In this document: positions 30,249 to 43,744 of the stretch, in pieces | Position numbering within the stretch: the stretch's first letter is position 1 | How the letters are laid out: every line of letters begins with the position of its first letter | Assembly: GCA_963575745.1 (NCBI GenBank) | Contig: CAUYUJ010000225.1 | Span: 496,001 to 560,000 of the forward strand | DNA: 64,000 bases | Reading direction: 5' to 3' | From: Prorocentrum cordatum | Taxonomy: Eukaryota | Translations under genes and position numbers: made by a program | The notes under the pieces: model-generated | Told to the model about the DNA's origin: nothing | The model's input: only the letters and a program-made list of their open reading frames with translations | Databases searched by the model: none

Positions 30249-31936
30249 TGTGTTTGTTTGTTTTTGGTTTGTTTTTGTTTTTGCTACTGTCTTTTGTTTT
30301 TGTTTTGTGTGTGTTTGCTTTTTCCAATCGACATCGAATCGGATCGATCAGATCGAAGGGGGCCCTGCTGGAGGTCAGGGAGCCCGGCCGACCTGCGGGC
30401 CCGAGGCTCCGAGGGGGCCCGCGGCGGCGCCCCCTCCTCGAGGGCCTCCCGCCGGGGGGGCCCACTCCTCCCGCCCGAGGCCGAGGGCGCGAGGGAGGGC
30501 ATCGTCCGCTCCGCTGCCCGCACACGCCGTTGAGGGGGAACAGATTTTTTTTCCAGCGCTATTTTGGAGAGGAGGGAGGAAGAGGCGACAGGGAGACAAC
30601 GCACACACCTGATCATTGTCCGACTCGTGCCGGGGAGTCGGCAGGCAACCCTGCCGCAGGACCGTCATCGCCCTTTCCTCCCGAGTGAGACCTGCAGGAA
30701 ACCAGGTGGCCATTGAGGGGGAACAGAAAGATACCGACACCGCTGCCCATATCTACCCATCGGTCGGAAGAAGTAGGTATAACCATCTGAAGTAGGAAGG
30801 CGCTGGGAGCAGATCGGGCTCCCGCCCGCCTCCTCTAGAGGAGGGAGGAGAGGGAAAGCCACTCGACTCTTGAAGTAGGAAGGCGGCTGAGGCAGATTGG
30901 AACCTGGGAACCCCACAATGACCTGCCCTCAACGACCGATGGGTACTCTCGGGGGCGTCCAAGAGGGGGGGGGTCGCAACTCACGGCCCCCGAGGCATGC
31001 GGCGGACGAGGGGGAGCCACCGGGCGCACCGAAAGAAGACGAGGGTGCCAAGAGATCCAGGGAGGTGTCATGGCACCGGCCATGGTATCCCCACCCTCCT
31101 GCAGTGGAGGCCAGCCCACAAGAGACCAGGAAGCTGTAGCACGCGTGGCCGCGTCCGTCCGTGGAGCATCTGGAGAACGCGCGCTGCTCCGCTTGCAGGT
31201 AGAGTGCCCAGCCGCACGGGAGCGGAGCGCCGGAGAAGGCGCTCGCCCTGCCCAGCCACATCAGGTGGCCGGGTCTGGAACCCCTGACCCCCAAAAACGA
31301 CGACGTCGGACTTTCACTTCCGACGCCTTCTGTGGACCGTCCGCCGGCTTCCGCCAACCGACCCGCCGCTTCTTTACCTCCGCTGGCCTACAGCGGAGGC
31401 CAGTCCACAAGAGACCTTCCACAAGAAACCCAACCCTGAGACCCCAGGACGTCCACTGTTTTTTTGCGTGGGAACGTCGCGCCCTCCATCGCAACACCAT
31501 CGAAACCCAAGAAGCCCAGGGCACCCTGGAGGCGAGCAGGGTGCTTCTTGGCATGGGCCCCCACAGTAGTCATCACCACCCCCTTGGCCGCCCCCGATGC
31601 TCGCCGGACCTCTCCCGGGGCGCGTTCTGACCAGGGCGCCGAGGAGAATCCAGCCGTGGCGACGGGGGCTCTCCAGGACGAGCAGCGGCATCGGTACACC
31701 TCTGCCCCTCCGAATGTCAGAGACAGCTCGAGAGCGTGCTCTCTGCGCCGGCAGCGCACCCACTGAGGCGAACGGCGGGCAGCCACGACCGGCCTGTCTT
31801 CGTGAGCAAGCGCGTGGGGCGCCCCCGGGCCCCAGACGCTTCCGCCAGCGGAGGCGGCCTCGTTTTGTTTCCGCCGCCATGCGTTGGGAGGAGATGCCAA
31901 CTCCTTCGATCCTTGCATGGAGGACGAAGAAGCAGC

Positions 31937-32100
31937 ATAAACATAGATTTTCGGAGCTCCGCGCGGATTTCTTGAAACTGCGCTGGAATCCCCATGGCGG
32001 CGCCTCCGGCGCCGCCCCTGGCGCGCTCCGCGCGCCAGGGATGGGGGGGCCAGCGCCGATCCAAGAAGTCCGCGCGGACCTCGAAACGTTTATGCTCATG
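31937..32100. mobile_element. MITE-like element, same family as 50957-51107 (also ~25266-25450 and partial ~28834-28935)
   Basis: ttcggagctccgcgcggatttcttg ... ccaagaagtccgcgcggacctcgaaacgtttatg, with internal hairpin cctggcgcgctccgcgcgccagg. Confidence 0.75.
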
Positions 32101-34999
32101 CAGTTTGTTCTTCCTCGGCTTCCGTCGGGAGGAGATAGCGCCGATCCAAGAAGTCCGCTCGGACCTCGAAACGTTTGTGCTCGTGCACGTTGTTCTCCCT
32201 CGCCTTCCGTCGGGAGGAGATGCCATACTCCGATCCTCGACGCGAGGCCAGGCCCTTCCCGAAGCGCCCCAGGTGTGGGAAGCGCTCCCGCGGGGCGGAC
32301 GGCCAGCGGCCACGGCTGGCGTGTCCTCAGGGTAGCACTGGCGCACAAGGGTGCGCCGAGGCGCCCCCCTAAAAGGTCCCCAGGCTCGGCGGCGAGCGAG
32401 GGCCAGGCCTCGCGGGCCAGGCCCTTGGGCCACGACCCGCAAAGACGGGACGTTTTTGTTCGCAGATGCTCCGCGAGGAACGTATCCGAGCGACCTCGTA
32501 TCCGCGGGATCGCGCCCTGGAACCCATCAGTGGCGCGCCTAGGGGGGAATGAGAAGGAGGAGGCCTTCTCGGAAGGCGGCGGGACTTCTCGGAAGCCCCC
32601 GCGCCTCCCAAGATTTTTTTTTGTTGTGCGTCTTCCGGGAAGGCCCAGAAAGCTTCTCAGAAGGCCGGAGGCCTTCCGAGCCTTCCGAGAAGGCCCGCCC
32701 CTTCTCACTTCCCACCTGGGCTCGCCGCCGACAGACCGCGAGGGCGTGGCGGCGAGGGTCAGCACTTGGGCGACGACGACGACGACGACGACCACGACGA
32801 CCACGACTCGCTGATGCGTCTTAGGTTTACAATGGTGCTTCTCCTGCTCATAATACGCGCTGGGCGGCGCGCGCGCAGGAACGCGCGCGGAGATGGAGGA
32901 TGAGTTGGACCGGAGGAGGGAGGACGAGGAGGAGGAGGAGGAAACAGAGGAGGAGGAGGAGGAGGAGGAGGAGGAGGAGGAGGAGGAGGAGGAGGAGGAG
33001 GAGGAGGAGGAGAAGAAGGAAGACGAGGAGGAGGAGGAGGAGGAAGACGAGGAGGAGGAGGAGGACGAGGAGGAGGAGGAGGAGGACGAGGAGGAGGAGG
33101 AGGAGGAGGAGGAGGAGGGTCCCGGGACCCGTGGAGGAGGGCGCCCCAGGGGCCTTTTCATGCTCACATTCCCCCCTCCGGCCGCCGCCGGCGGGCCCCT
33201 CGCACGTCCGCGGTCGGGGCGTCCCCTTTCGAGCTGCCGCCGGGGGGGGGAAAGGGAAAAATGGCACGAGCACGGCCTGCCAGCGGTCCGCGCGGCCTTC
33301 GCGGAGCTGTGCCGGGCCTCCCTGGGAATCCGCGAGGACCCCAAGAATAGTAATGGTAAAAGTCGGGCAGACGCACGTTCCTGAATCTCGAACCGCCCAC
33401 CTAGCAGAAATCCGTCCGGCACCCTCAGCCCTGACCTCCCACCGCGGCCGACCGCGCCCAATTCCTCGATGCTTTGTCCCGTGCCCACATTCGAAAGTTT
33501 TAAAGCCACCCACCCAGCAAAAATCCGTCGGGCACCCCCCTTCCCTCAGCCCCCAGGGTCCGTCCGCGCGTGCTCTGCAGCCACGCGGGGCCCAAGAGAA
33601 ACCATGGCGACAGTCCAGAAGAAACCCTGGTCAACGTGGTCTGAGACTCGCTGATTGCAGGTGCCGCAGAGAGTCTTCGAATTTGTGCTCGTTCCAACGT
33701 GGCGCTGATGAATAATCCCACCAGCCCTTTAAGGCGTAGGTGGTCTAGGGTGTGTCCTCATCCGCCCCTTTCTTCCCCTTCGGGGAGGGGTTTATCACTG
33801 TTCCCTATTAATAAACACCCCCTCCCCCAGGCGACTGGTAGCCAACCGAGAACAATGCGGGCACCCCCCCCACCATCCCTTGTAAAAGACCATACGAAAT
33901 ACACTCTGCTTTTAAATTCGGAGCATGCGCAGCCAACCCCATGCGACCTCCCCACGCCGTCCCTGTCAAAAGCCACTCCTCATTGTAAATCGCTTCGGAT
34001 CCCTTCAGATTGTAAATCGCTCACATCCTCACTCTGTCCATACAACGTACACTGCACTGCATGCTCGGCGCCTAGACTTTCGGCGCCTGACGTTTCGATG
34101 GGGATATGATCCAACAACTTTTCCATGTCGAGATTTATGTCAATCGATGGCTGAAAGCCAGGGTGTGCCGACGCCAGCTCAGAGGATCCCTCGGCGGAAG
34201 CTTTGGCGGTGCCATACCTTCCGCTCGAGTTTTGTTCTCTGGATCTTGTCACTGAATCAACAGGTGAATCCCCTTCTGTTAAGTCGAACATAATATCTGA
34301 TTCTTTCTTACTGGGAAAGTTAATAAGAATATTGCGTCGACCCGCTGAGTCGCTTATACTCGTGTTACGCTCGGAAAGTATTCGATCCTCTGTTCGCCCG
34401 AGCGCTCCTTCTTGAGATCCCATGCTCTGCGAAGCGAACGGCTATGCCGTCGTTTCGGCTGATAACCCGTCTTTTGCCTGGATCTTCAGAATCCCTGCAA
34501 GAGGTTCCGATGCTATATCATGGTCAGTGGGCTCCGCAGATGACATGGGTAAGAAGGGATAGTGCCGTCAAGGATACACTGAGGTAGCACTGAAGGGAGG
34601 AGGCCAGCCCGCCGGCCGACGCACGCGCACGCGCCGCAGGCTCGCTCCTTGTCCGTTTCCCTAGAGCCAATGTGTATAGCTGCAGGAGCAGAAGAAGTTA
34701 GTCAGTACAGCAAACGGACAGCGCGTGCAAGGAGAGAGAGCAGGCAGGGCGAAATAATGGTGATGCGGAAGGGGTGCATTGACTAGAGCTGCGTGTGTGT
34801 ATATATATACATACATACATACATACATACGTATGTAACATACCCAGAGACTGAACCCTTCCAGGAGTCCCAAGATCAGAACAACACTCGCTGAGTCACC
34901 CCATGATTCTCCGTGGCTCTTCAAGATTGCCAAGGGCCCCCCCTCCGCGAAAGCACAAATTGAGGTCGGCGACAGAGGCGGCAACCTTTCAATCAAAAG

Positions 35000-35180
35000 T
35001 CGGGGAGACATAAGACTCTGATACAGGAAACTCGGGTTGGCCTGACGGGGCCATCGCAAAAATGACGAGACACAACTTAACATTTGACGCGAGCTCCCGC
35101 TGCACACGTCCCACGAAAACGGGACCGTCAAAGTCCAGGACGCGCTCGTCAAAAAACGTCGGCAAACCCAAGTTCCGGCC
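35000..35180 (+). repeat. Interspersed repeat; second copy at ~52295-52450
   Basis: actcgggttggcctgacggggccat...aaaatgacga...gcgagctcccg...ggaccgtcaa...cgtcggcaa...agttccggc. Confidence 0.85.
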
Positions 35181-35207
35181 CCCTCGAGTCTTACTAAAGG
35201 GGAACTG

Positions 35208-35360
35208 GGACACACAAATATATAGACACAAATAACCAGAATCCCCATATTTTCTAATATTTTCTGGATTTTTGTCTTCCCCCCCACTTCCCATATTTTC
35301 CTATATTTTCCGGGGGATCGACGATTAATCGTGTCTGTGTGTGTTTTTTTCCTCCTGACT
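35208..35360 (+). repeat. Interspersed repeat; second copy at ~25467-25618
   Basis: ggacacacaaata...ccccccacttcccatattttcctatattttcc.ggggatcgacgattaat. Confidence 0.85.
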
Positions 35361-35970
35361 TACGCTTCCCCGAAAACGTGTATGTGTGCCGTCTCTTGCT
35401 GCTGCGCGGGCTGCCCGAGGCTCACGACGCGGCGGGAGGGGGCGATGGCAGAGGAAGGGCACAGCCGGCCCGTATACGAAGGATACGCGGTAGGGATGCA
35501 TGGGCCCTGGAGGGCCATGCTGGCGTTCTTCGAGCGAGGCTGGCCAGCGGACGTCGCTAAGGATGGGCCAGAGGGGCGAGGATGCAAGGGTACCCTTGGT
35601 CGGGGGCGCGCAGAGATGGATTAGCGATCCATGGTTTTGGCGCGCGGTCGCCAGATCCATGGATCGGGGGAGGTGCCCTCCCCCAAACGCGGCCGGCGCC
35701 GCCTCGCTCGGCGGCGGAAATCGGCGATTCCCCGTGGAGACGGGGCCCGTCGCCAATCCACGCCCCCTTGATCCATGTTTGCAGTCGCCTGACTTGGGAA
35801 GGCTGCTCATCCTCACTGTGCGGGTTGACTGTACCGAGTCCGCCGCGCGCAGCCGGTCTTTCCGGCGCTGGGCGGCGCCGGACGCGGCCATGCATCGAGG
35901 GACGTGCCCGGCGGCCGGGCCGAGGCCAGCTGCAGGCAGCAGGCTGCGCATCTCCCCCCCCCTCTGGTGG

Positions 35971-36214
35971 TACCGTGGATGTAAACAATTAACGCGAAAC
36001 TTATTCATAACGTTGGATTTCGCCATTCAAAGGCCGCGAGTTCCAGGTAGGACAAGATCGCCAGCTGCCCGCGAAAATGTAAACAATAAACGCGAAACAC
36101 GGAAGCATTTTTTTCAACCTGGGGCCGTTCATGCCTAGCTTGCGTTCCATATCTTTGAATGGCGGAATTCAATGTTACGGATGGGTTTCGCGTTAATTCT
36201 TTACATCCACGGTA
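35971..36214. mobile_element. 244-bp MITE with 28-bp TIRs and a TA target-site duplication (Tc1/mariner-pogo-like ends)
   Basis: ta-ccgtggatgtaaacaattaacgcgaaac ... gtttcgcgttaattctttacatccacgg-ta; one mismatch. Confidence 0.88.
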
Positions 36215-36656
36215 GCGGTGTGGTGCCCCGCTGCTGGGCTTGACGCCCTACCCCGCTCGGCCTCGCCTCAGCTTAGCTCAACATGCTTCTGCATCTCCCG
36301 TTGTCTTGCTTTCTTTCGGAGTGGTCTTGTCCATCCCTCTCTCTCTCTCCCTCTTTCGGTCTGGCCGCCTGGGCCCGAGCAGCGTGGACTCGTGCCGGAG
36401 GGGTTACCAGTGAGAGGGTGGGGCCAAAGACAGAGAAAGCGAGACCAGACGTGAGGCGGGGCTGCGCACTCGAGCGAGACTGCCACTCGCGTCTCGCTTC
36501 CAGCCTGACAGGAGTCCTGTTACCCTCACGTTGGCCATGCATAGCCAAAACTGCAACCTCCCCCCTCATCTGCGACAGCCGCATCACTGCTGCAGCTGGT
36601 CGTGGGACTCCCAGTCCCCACGTGCGCTGGGACGGCAGCGAAGAGAAGGGGGCGGC

Positions 36657-36761
36657 CTTCGACGATCGCCGGCTCCGCGCGTTTGAACCCCGACGCACTC
36701 CCGGCGATTGTGCCGCTGTTGTCGCCCTTCTTGCCCTTGCCCTTGCCCTTGTCCTTGCCTC
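36657..36761 (-). CDS. DEAH helicase exon: (G)GKDKGKGKGKKGDNSGTIAGSASGFKRAEPAIVE(G)
   Basis: ccaag|GA acceptor and AAG|gc donor; phase 1/1 links the 45.8-kb and 29.0-kb exons. Confidence 0.75.
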
Positions 36762-37374
36762 CTTGGGGAAGTGTCTTCGGAGTGGGGGGGGGGACTTTTT
36801 GCGTCGGCGGCTAGGCAGGGGTAGTCTGGGGGCACTTTTGTAGCGAATTGGCCAGCATGCCAGAGGAAGAAGAAGGACGGAGCGGGCGGCCGCAAGGGGG
36901 GGGGGGGGAAGCGAGGGCCACTCATGGGGGGACGGATCACTCCCTAGGTGAGCTGGCGCGGCCGGCTGGCGGGGACTGAGGCGGCTGCTGCGCCGGGTTC
37001 CAGTTGAGGCGGGAAATAACGAAGGGGGTGGAAATAGGGGGAACAGAGGGGGGAACGCGGACAGCCGATTATCCAAGTTCCACAAGCCGCTTCTCGGTGC
37101 AGTGCCAGGGCCCAGGCTTCAACGGACACTCTGCGGCCTGAAGCAAATCGTACATGCTGGAACGCGCAACGCTTTGCCTCCTTGGGGAAATCGAAAGCTC
37201 TCCAAAAGCGTACGTACGCGTCCAGCCACGTGCATTAATAACGTGTTTTCCACGCGAAACACCACTGCTACCACAAGCACATCTCAGGTAAAAAAGTCGT
37301 GAGACAAACTGGGAACACCGGCGCGACCGCAATCAGCGGAAAGCTTCATGAGTAAGTAACTACTTCAGTAATGA

Positions 37375-37700
37375 AGGCATTGCTTTGCATTGCTTTGATT
37401 TGCTTTGCTTGACATTGCTTTGAATTGATTCGTATTGAGTGTCGTTGCTTGGCACTGTTTGGCTTGGCATTGCTTTCCGTTGTCTTATATTGGTGTGCTT
37501 TGCATTGTGGCATTGCTTGATAATGCCTGGCATTGCTTGGCGTCGCCTGGCATTGCTTGGCGTTGCTTGGCACTGCTTTGCGTTGCTTGGCACTGAAATG
37601 GTATGAGTTGGCATGACTTGGCATTGCGTAGCATTGCCTGGCCTTGCTTTATACTGCTTTGCATTACTTGGCGCTGCTTAGTATTGGCAGGCATTGCTAG
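37375..37700. repeat. Degenerate 10-bp (gcattgcttg)n repeat
   Basis: Direct inspection. Confidence 0.85.
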
Positions 37701-40445
37701 GCAGCAAGGAACCAAGACCAAGAGACCTCAGGAAAGCAGTCAAGAAACAAGCCCAAGCGACCCGAGGAAGGCTGGGCCTGGCACCCGCCGATCCGTCAAA
37801 ACCAAACAAAAAACCCTCGGGCAAGCCTGCGGCCGGGAACTTCTGCTCAACGCGTCGCGGCCGCGGCCCCCGGCGACACGACGCTATGGCAGCAGCCGGC
37901 TGCAGCACGAGAGGCCTGGGCGTCGCAAGGCACAGTGTTAGGTCGGGCGTGCCCCCCTACAGGCGGATTTTGGACGATAGATGGAAAATAATCGAAAAGT
38001 GCTAGTCCAAACATCGTCCCCATCCTATTCGTTTGACTAAAGCATCGTGCCCTCGCGCCTCGGCGCGGACAGGCGCCGTCGTTCTCTTTCTTTCCTCGGC
38101 CCCCCGGTGGTGGTGGTCGGCCGCCCCCCTCCTTGGCCCCTGCTCGCGCAGCAGCCCCCTGGACCGGACTTCGACTGCGGCAAACGAGACAAAAAATGAG
38201 GAGGGGCGGCCACGGGGCCCGCTCTGGAAGCCCCGAGCCCACAAAGAGCGCCGCCTCCGGGCCCCGTAGACCCGGACACGCTAGACCCGGACACCCAGCA
38301 TCCCTCGAAACCATTTTTTCAAAACGGCGGCACGAACAAAATGCTGCACTGCAGCACTTCCAGAATAAACCCGGACACAGGCCCCAAAGCCTGCAAGACC
38401 CACCTCAACCCGGACACAAACCCGAATCCTGCAGTGCAACAAACAAAACTTGCACGGGTGCTGAAAAACGTGACTTTGCAGAAAAGGATGTCGTTTCCCG
38501 TGTCCTGGTTTCTCTGTGTCCTGGTCTCCGGGGGCCTGAAGCGCGCACCTTTTTTGAGAGCTGGCTCTTCTTTTACCTCCACCGCCTCCCGCTGGCCCTC
38601 CGCCAGCGGAGCCGCCCTGGCTCTGCTTCCGCGGGCCTGCGCCGACGAAGAGGTGCCCGCTTCTCGAGCCCTCGAAGGCGATCGGGCTGGCATCGGATCG
38701 AAGTCAAGGCCTAGGCCAGATCAAGCCTGGGCCCAAGGGGCCCTCCCAGCTCAGGCGTTGCCAAAGGTCTGCCCTGGCCCAGGGTGCGTCGGAAACACTT
38801 GCGCAGCGCGGCTTGCAGAGGCGGGAAGAAAGGGGCGGGAGGAAGGGGGGTGAGACACCAGGTCGTACAGCGAAGCCGAGATTTTATGTTGCTCACATCG
38901 TATTGAAGGACCAAATCCCCAAAAATAATTTCGAGCGCCCAGGAAAGTATCGAGACAGTGTCGAACAAGAATCGCCTCTCAAGGCCCGACACGTGAAAAC
39001 CCTCAAGCTTCGGTACTTTCTTGGTGCTCGAAATTATTCCTGGTGGTCATGGCTAAAGTAGGTTGGAACATCCGAAGCCAAGATGGAGCCTTCCAGAAGC
39101 GGCTCTCACGAGGCCCAGAAGGCACCACGGAACTCCAACGTGGCGTGAAGAAAGCTGGGGGCGCCTTTGGGGCCAGTGCCACCTCCTGGCAACCTCCGAT
39201 GCCAGCCCCCGCCCGCTCCTCTTTCCCGACGCTCCCGACCCCGACTCCAAATCCACCGTCCTTTGCTTGATTTTCCGATGTACAAATGCATCGGAAATGC
39301 ACCCAAACGATGAGAACAAGTGGGGTGGTGGCGGAAACAGTGGGGCGGAGATCCCCACACTACTTACGAAATCGCTCACAACGCGTTGGATCTGGAGTCC
39401 GGGTCCCCCAGGCGAGGAGACCGCCAGGGCATCCCACGACCTCTTCGCGTCGTGAACTGATGGCCAGGGCTTTCGCGCTGCGAGGGACACATTGTCTGCC
39501 CCTTCTTCAGCTTCCTGCGCATCTCGGGTCCCGGGGTGCTTTCCGTCGGCTGCGCCTCGCCGAGAGCTGTCCGGGAATGCCAAATCTCTCCGCCCGAACG
39601 GCCGCCCGGGGCCCCAAGTTTAGGGCGACGAGATCTGTGCACCTCCACCGCTCCCTCGCCAGGCCCATCCCGAACCCAGCAGCTGTGCATGCGCCCTCCT
39701 GGCGAGGTCAGGAGGGCGTGGCGTATACCCCGCTGGCGGGTTCGGGATGGGCGTGGCGAGGGAGCAGCGGATGTGTACGGGTCTCGGCGCCCCAGACTTT
39801 GGGGACCGAGAGCCCAGCCCACCTCGCGCCGCGCAGACTCACGACGGACAGGTCGCGGCCGCCCGCGGGCCTCCGCGGGCCTCTCCGGGGGAGCCCAGGG
39901 CCGTCCGAGAGCGACGCGGGGTGGGAGAGGGCAGGCCCCCGGGGAGGAGGAGCCGAGGCCTCCGGGGGCCCACGCTGTGGCGAAGGCACGACGTCAAAGG
40001 CCCGGGTCACGGGCCTCGCCGCGGCTCCGCAGGATCGGGCAACCGAGGAGCGCCCGCCTCTGCAGGCAGGCGCGCGCGGCCTGCAGCCACGAACTGACAG
40101 GGTAAGGACGCAGGGAGGGGGTGCAAGCCCCCTGGAGGACGTCCAAGTTCCAAACCTTTGGAGCGGCGGCGAAAAGCCAGGGCCCGTGTCGCGCAGGATT
40201 GGACGGGCTGTCCTGGAGGGCTGCCCTGGCGGGCTCAACGGTGCCCTCCCCACTAAGAAACGACAACCGGCGGTGGGCAAACCTCCCTTTAGTAAACCTC
40301 CCCTTCGTGAAAACGGCCCGGGACCGAAACCGACGGACCTGGACCCGCAAAGATGACCGCCGCGACGCCCTCTTGCGAGCCGAAAGCGGCCGAGTCGCTA
40401 ATCGACGCGTCAGGGTAGAAGGTCTGCCCACCCCCGAGACAACAG

Positions 40446-40790
40446 GATCATCGGTCCAGCGATCACACCAGTCCTGCGTGAACTACCAGGGCTGATGGAA
40501 CCGGGGACCCATCAGGCCCCCGCGGCGAGGGGATGCTGAGGATCGAGAAGGAAGCGGAGGAGAGGAGGAGGAGAGGAGGAGGAGGAGGAGGAGGAAGAGG
40601 AGGAGGGGGAGAAGGAAGAGGATCATCAGTCCAGCGATCACACCAGTCCTGCGTGAACTACCAGGGCTGATTGAACCGGGGACCCATCAGGCCCCCGCGG
40701 CGAGGGGATGCTGAGGATCGAGAAGGGAAGCGGAGGAGAGGAGGAGGAGGAGGAGGAGGAGGAGGAGGAGGAGAAGGAGGAGGAGGAGGA
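40446..40790 (+). repeat. Tandem duplication, ~174-bp unit
   Basis: ggatcatc.gtccagcgatcacaccagtcctgcgtgaactaccagggctga occurs at ~40446 and ~40620. Confidence 0.92.
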
Positions 40791-40791
40791 G

Positions 40792-41425
40792 GCTGATTCG
40801 AGGCTGGGGGCTCTAGAGCATCCTGTAGTTCCCCAGCTGGATCAAAGGATCCAGGCGGCCAAAGATTTCGGTAGGCAATTCACGAGGCTCCTGGCAGGCA
40901 CTCTGAGGCGCCTTAGTACTTTAGGGTTTCCAGATGTGGACAAGGTCCCGAGGGCTACAACGGTCCCCAGGCAGACCCAGTTGTTAGGTGATGAACCCTT
41001 GTGCGTGCTAAAACTCACCACGGGGGATCGAGGCCACCTGCTTCACAACGCTGATGGCAGGTGGGGTTGCAGAATTTGTGGAGTGAATGCGGCTCGTCGG
41101 AGTGCAATCATCCAGAATGAGTGCCCAGGCAAGCCGAGGGTGCTTGCGAGGACGCACGGGTCGCATCGTATGTGGGTGCTTGGCTCGGATTTGTATTTCT
41201 GCATGCAGTGCGGTTGCCACGCGCGGAAGCAGGTCAAGGACTTGGCCGCGCGCTGCCATCGCTTTGCTGGGACAGGGAAGGTAGGGGCTTTGAAGTACAT
41301 GCGCCAGGGCATGGATCCCACATCCAAGGTGTTGGTGGGGCGCCCCTTCCCAGTCCACTAATTTTCCCCATCGGGCCAGTCTTTCATTGAGGGATTGCGT
41401 CCGCAGAGGCTCCAGAGGCTCCAGA
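40792..41425 (+). mobile_element. 5'-truncated 3' end of a non-LTR retrotransposon encoding tandem H-CxxC-C modules
   Basis: GHLLHNADGRWGCRICGVNAARRSAIIQNEC ... THGSHRMWVLGSDLYFCMQCGCHARKQVKDLAARC, the same pattern as 16000-16595; flanked by (GAG)n; ends in tandem (cagaggctc)x2. Confidence 0.7.
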
Positions 41426-42332
41426 GGAGGAGGAGGATAGAGATGAGGAGACAGGAGAGGCGGGAGATGGGATCGGGAAGGAGAGGAGAAGGGGGAGGAA
41501 GAGGAGGGATGAGCAAGGAGCGAAGAGGGGGGAGGCAGGAAGGAGGCAGAGAGCGGGGAGGAGAGAGCAGGGAGCAGGGAGGGTGCAGGAGAGAGGAGCA
41601 AGGAGGGAGCAGGGAGCAAATAGAGAGGGAGATGGGAGCGCGGAACGAGTTGGGAAGGTGAAGGAAGAGGATGCAGGAGGAGAGGGACCCCCACCTCCTC
41701 GTGTCGTGAGAAAAAACGACGAACAACGTGTGGCCGTTGCCGGCCTCCAGGGGCCTTCATCCGGCCTCGAAACAGACCCAAAACGGCCCAGAATGAAAAA
41801 CTAGTCCGGGGAAGGGGTCCAGACTCTTCTGGGTCGACTTTTTTAACAAAAAATACGACGTCTGAGCTCTGGGGAGCGGGAGGGAGAAGGACGGGGAAAC
41901 CAACACAATTTCCGTGGGCCCTCCTCCTCAAGCGATCCATCCAGACGGAAATCGAACAACGTCGTAATCGAGTCGAAGGGGGGCCCCTTCTCTTTGATCC
42001 CTTCCCCAGCGGAGGGGGGTCGCCAGGGGGGGTAGGTCCTGCGGGATGTGACCCCCCCCTCCCCAGGGCGGTTGTGACCCCCCCTCCCCCGGGGGGGGAG
42101 CACCCCTCCCAGAGAGAAGCTTCTCCATTCGACTTCTTGCCTCTCAGACGACTCGAGCTCACTTGTACCGCGGCTTGCTCCAAGAGGGTACTGAGACAGC
42201 CCAAGGTGGCTCCAAGACGGCCCAAGATACCCTCAAGACGGCCTCAGCAGCCCCTAGGACGCCCCAAGAGGGCTCCAAGGAGTAGGGTGTTCCCCACAGT
42301 TCTCAATTACTCCCATCCGGTTCCACCGAGGC

Positions 42333-42735
42333 GGACGACTACTTCCCCCAAGTGGACGACTACTCACCCCAGGTAGATGACTACTCCCGCCCAGTAGATG
42401 ACTACGCCTGCCCTGTAAATGACAACTCCCGCCCGATAGACGACCACTCCTGTCCGGTAGACGACTACTCCCGCCTCGTAGACGACTACCTCCCCCCAGT
42501 ACAAGACTACTCCCGCCCAGTAGACGACTATTCCCGCCCAGTAGACAACTGGTCTCTTCGGTAGACGACTACTCCCGCCCGGAAGACGACTACTCCCTCC
42601 AGACAAGGACTACTTCCTCCCGCCCTATACACGACCTCCCCTTGGTAGACGACTACCCCCGCCCGGCAGACTACCTCCACCCGGTAGACGACTACTCACC
42701 GGAGCAGTCGACTACTCTGGGGGTAAATGACTACT
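42333..42735 (+). repeat. 21-bp minisatellite (gtagacgactactcccgccc[a/g])
   Basis: More than 15 degenerate units; translates as VDDYSRP repeats. Confidence 0.92.
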
Positions 42736-43251
42736 TTTCCCAAAGGCCCCAAGAGGCGAAAGTCAGAGATGTTCGTAAGAGTTGTTATATTTCCCTGTTC
42801 TCGCCGTTTTGGGCTTCCGACGCTGGGAAGCCACCAACATCGCCCCGAAACGTTCGAAGAGACCGCCGAAAGCGCTCGAAAACAGCCCAAGACGGGCCCA
42901 AGACGGCCCCAAGACCGCCCAACTAGCCCCCAGGACGGCCGCGTAAGGCCACAAGAGGGCCCCAAGAAGCTCCCGAGAGGAGGAACCCCAACCGACATTT
43001 CGAGCCTTCCGCGCCAAGAGGACCCCAGGATGCCCCAAGAGGCGCCGAAGAAGCCCCCAAGAGGCCCCCATGCAAGAGCCCTAGAGAGCCCCACGAGCAC
43101 TCCCAAGACAACCCCAAGAGGGTAAAATCAAGGGCAGCAGCGTGGAATAGGGATTCCCCGCTGCAATGTCCCGGCGGAGAACCGCGGGCCACGCGGGGGC
43201 TCGTCGTCGGGTCCTCCGCCAGTGGCTCCTCCTTCTTCTCCTTGTCGTCCC

Positions 43252-43742
43252 CCAATCGACCCCCTTGAAACCCTGCGGGGGGCAGTCCCACGAGCGTGGC
43301 CGAAATGTGGCTGAGGCAACTCCACTCGCCTGAACCCCCCCGGGAGAAACGATCAGAAGGGGGGTTGCATTCGAATGCGCGACGACCTTGCGCGGTTGCT
43401 CACGCAGGCCGCTCGCGCGGCAGACCGCGTCACCGTAACAGCGCCTACGCGCGACCTTACGAGGGCAGCATGCGCGCGAGTGCCCGCGCAATCGACCCCC
43501 TTGAAACCCTGCGGGGGGCAGTCCCACGAGCGTGGCCGAGATGCGGTTAAGGCAATTCCACTCGCCTGACCCCCAGGGAGAAACGATCAGAAGGGGGGTT
43601 GCACTCGATTGCGCGAAGACCTTGCGCGGTGGATCACGCAAGCCGCTCGCGCGGCAGACCGCATTAAGGCGCCTACGCGCCACCTTCCGCGGGCAGCTTA
43701 CGCACAAGTGCGCGCGCAATGGACCCCCTTGAAACCCTGCGG
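43252..43742 (+). repeat. Tandem duplication, ~238-bp unit
   Basis: caatcgacccccttgaaaccctgcggggggcagtcccacgagcgtggccga at ~43253 and ~43489; a third start at ~43718. Confidence 0.9.
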
Positions 43743-43744
43743 GT

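Noticed and set aside
31859..31911. Candidate helicase exon IEGVGISSQRMAAETKR (and 30651-30691 GLTREERAMTVLRQ)
   Set aside because: Splice signals are plausible, but the 50841-45842-36761-29029 chain already joins in phase with better coherence.
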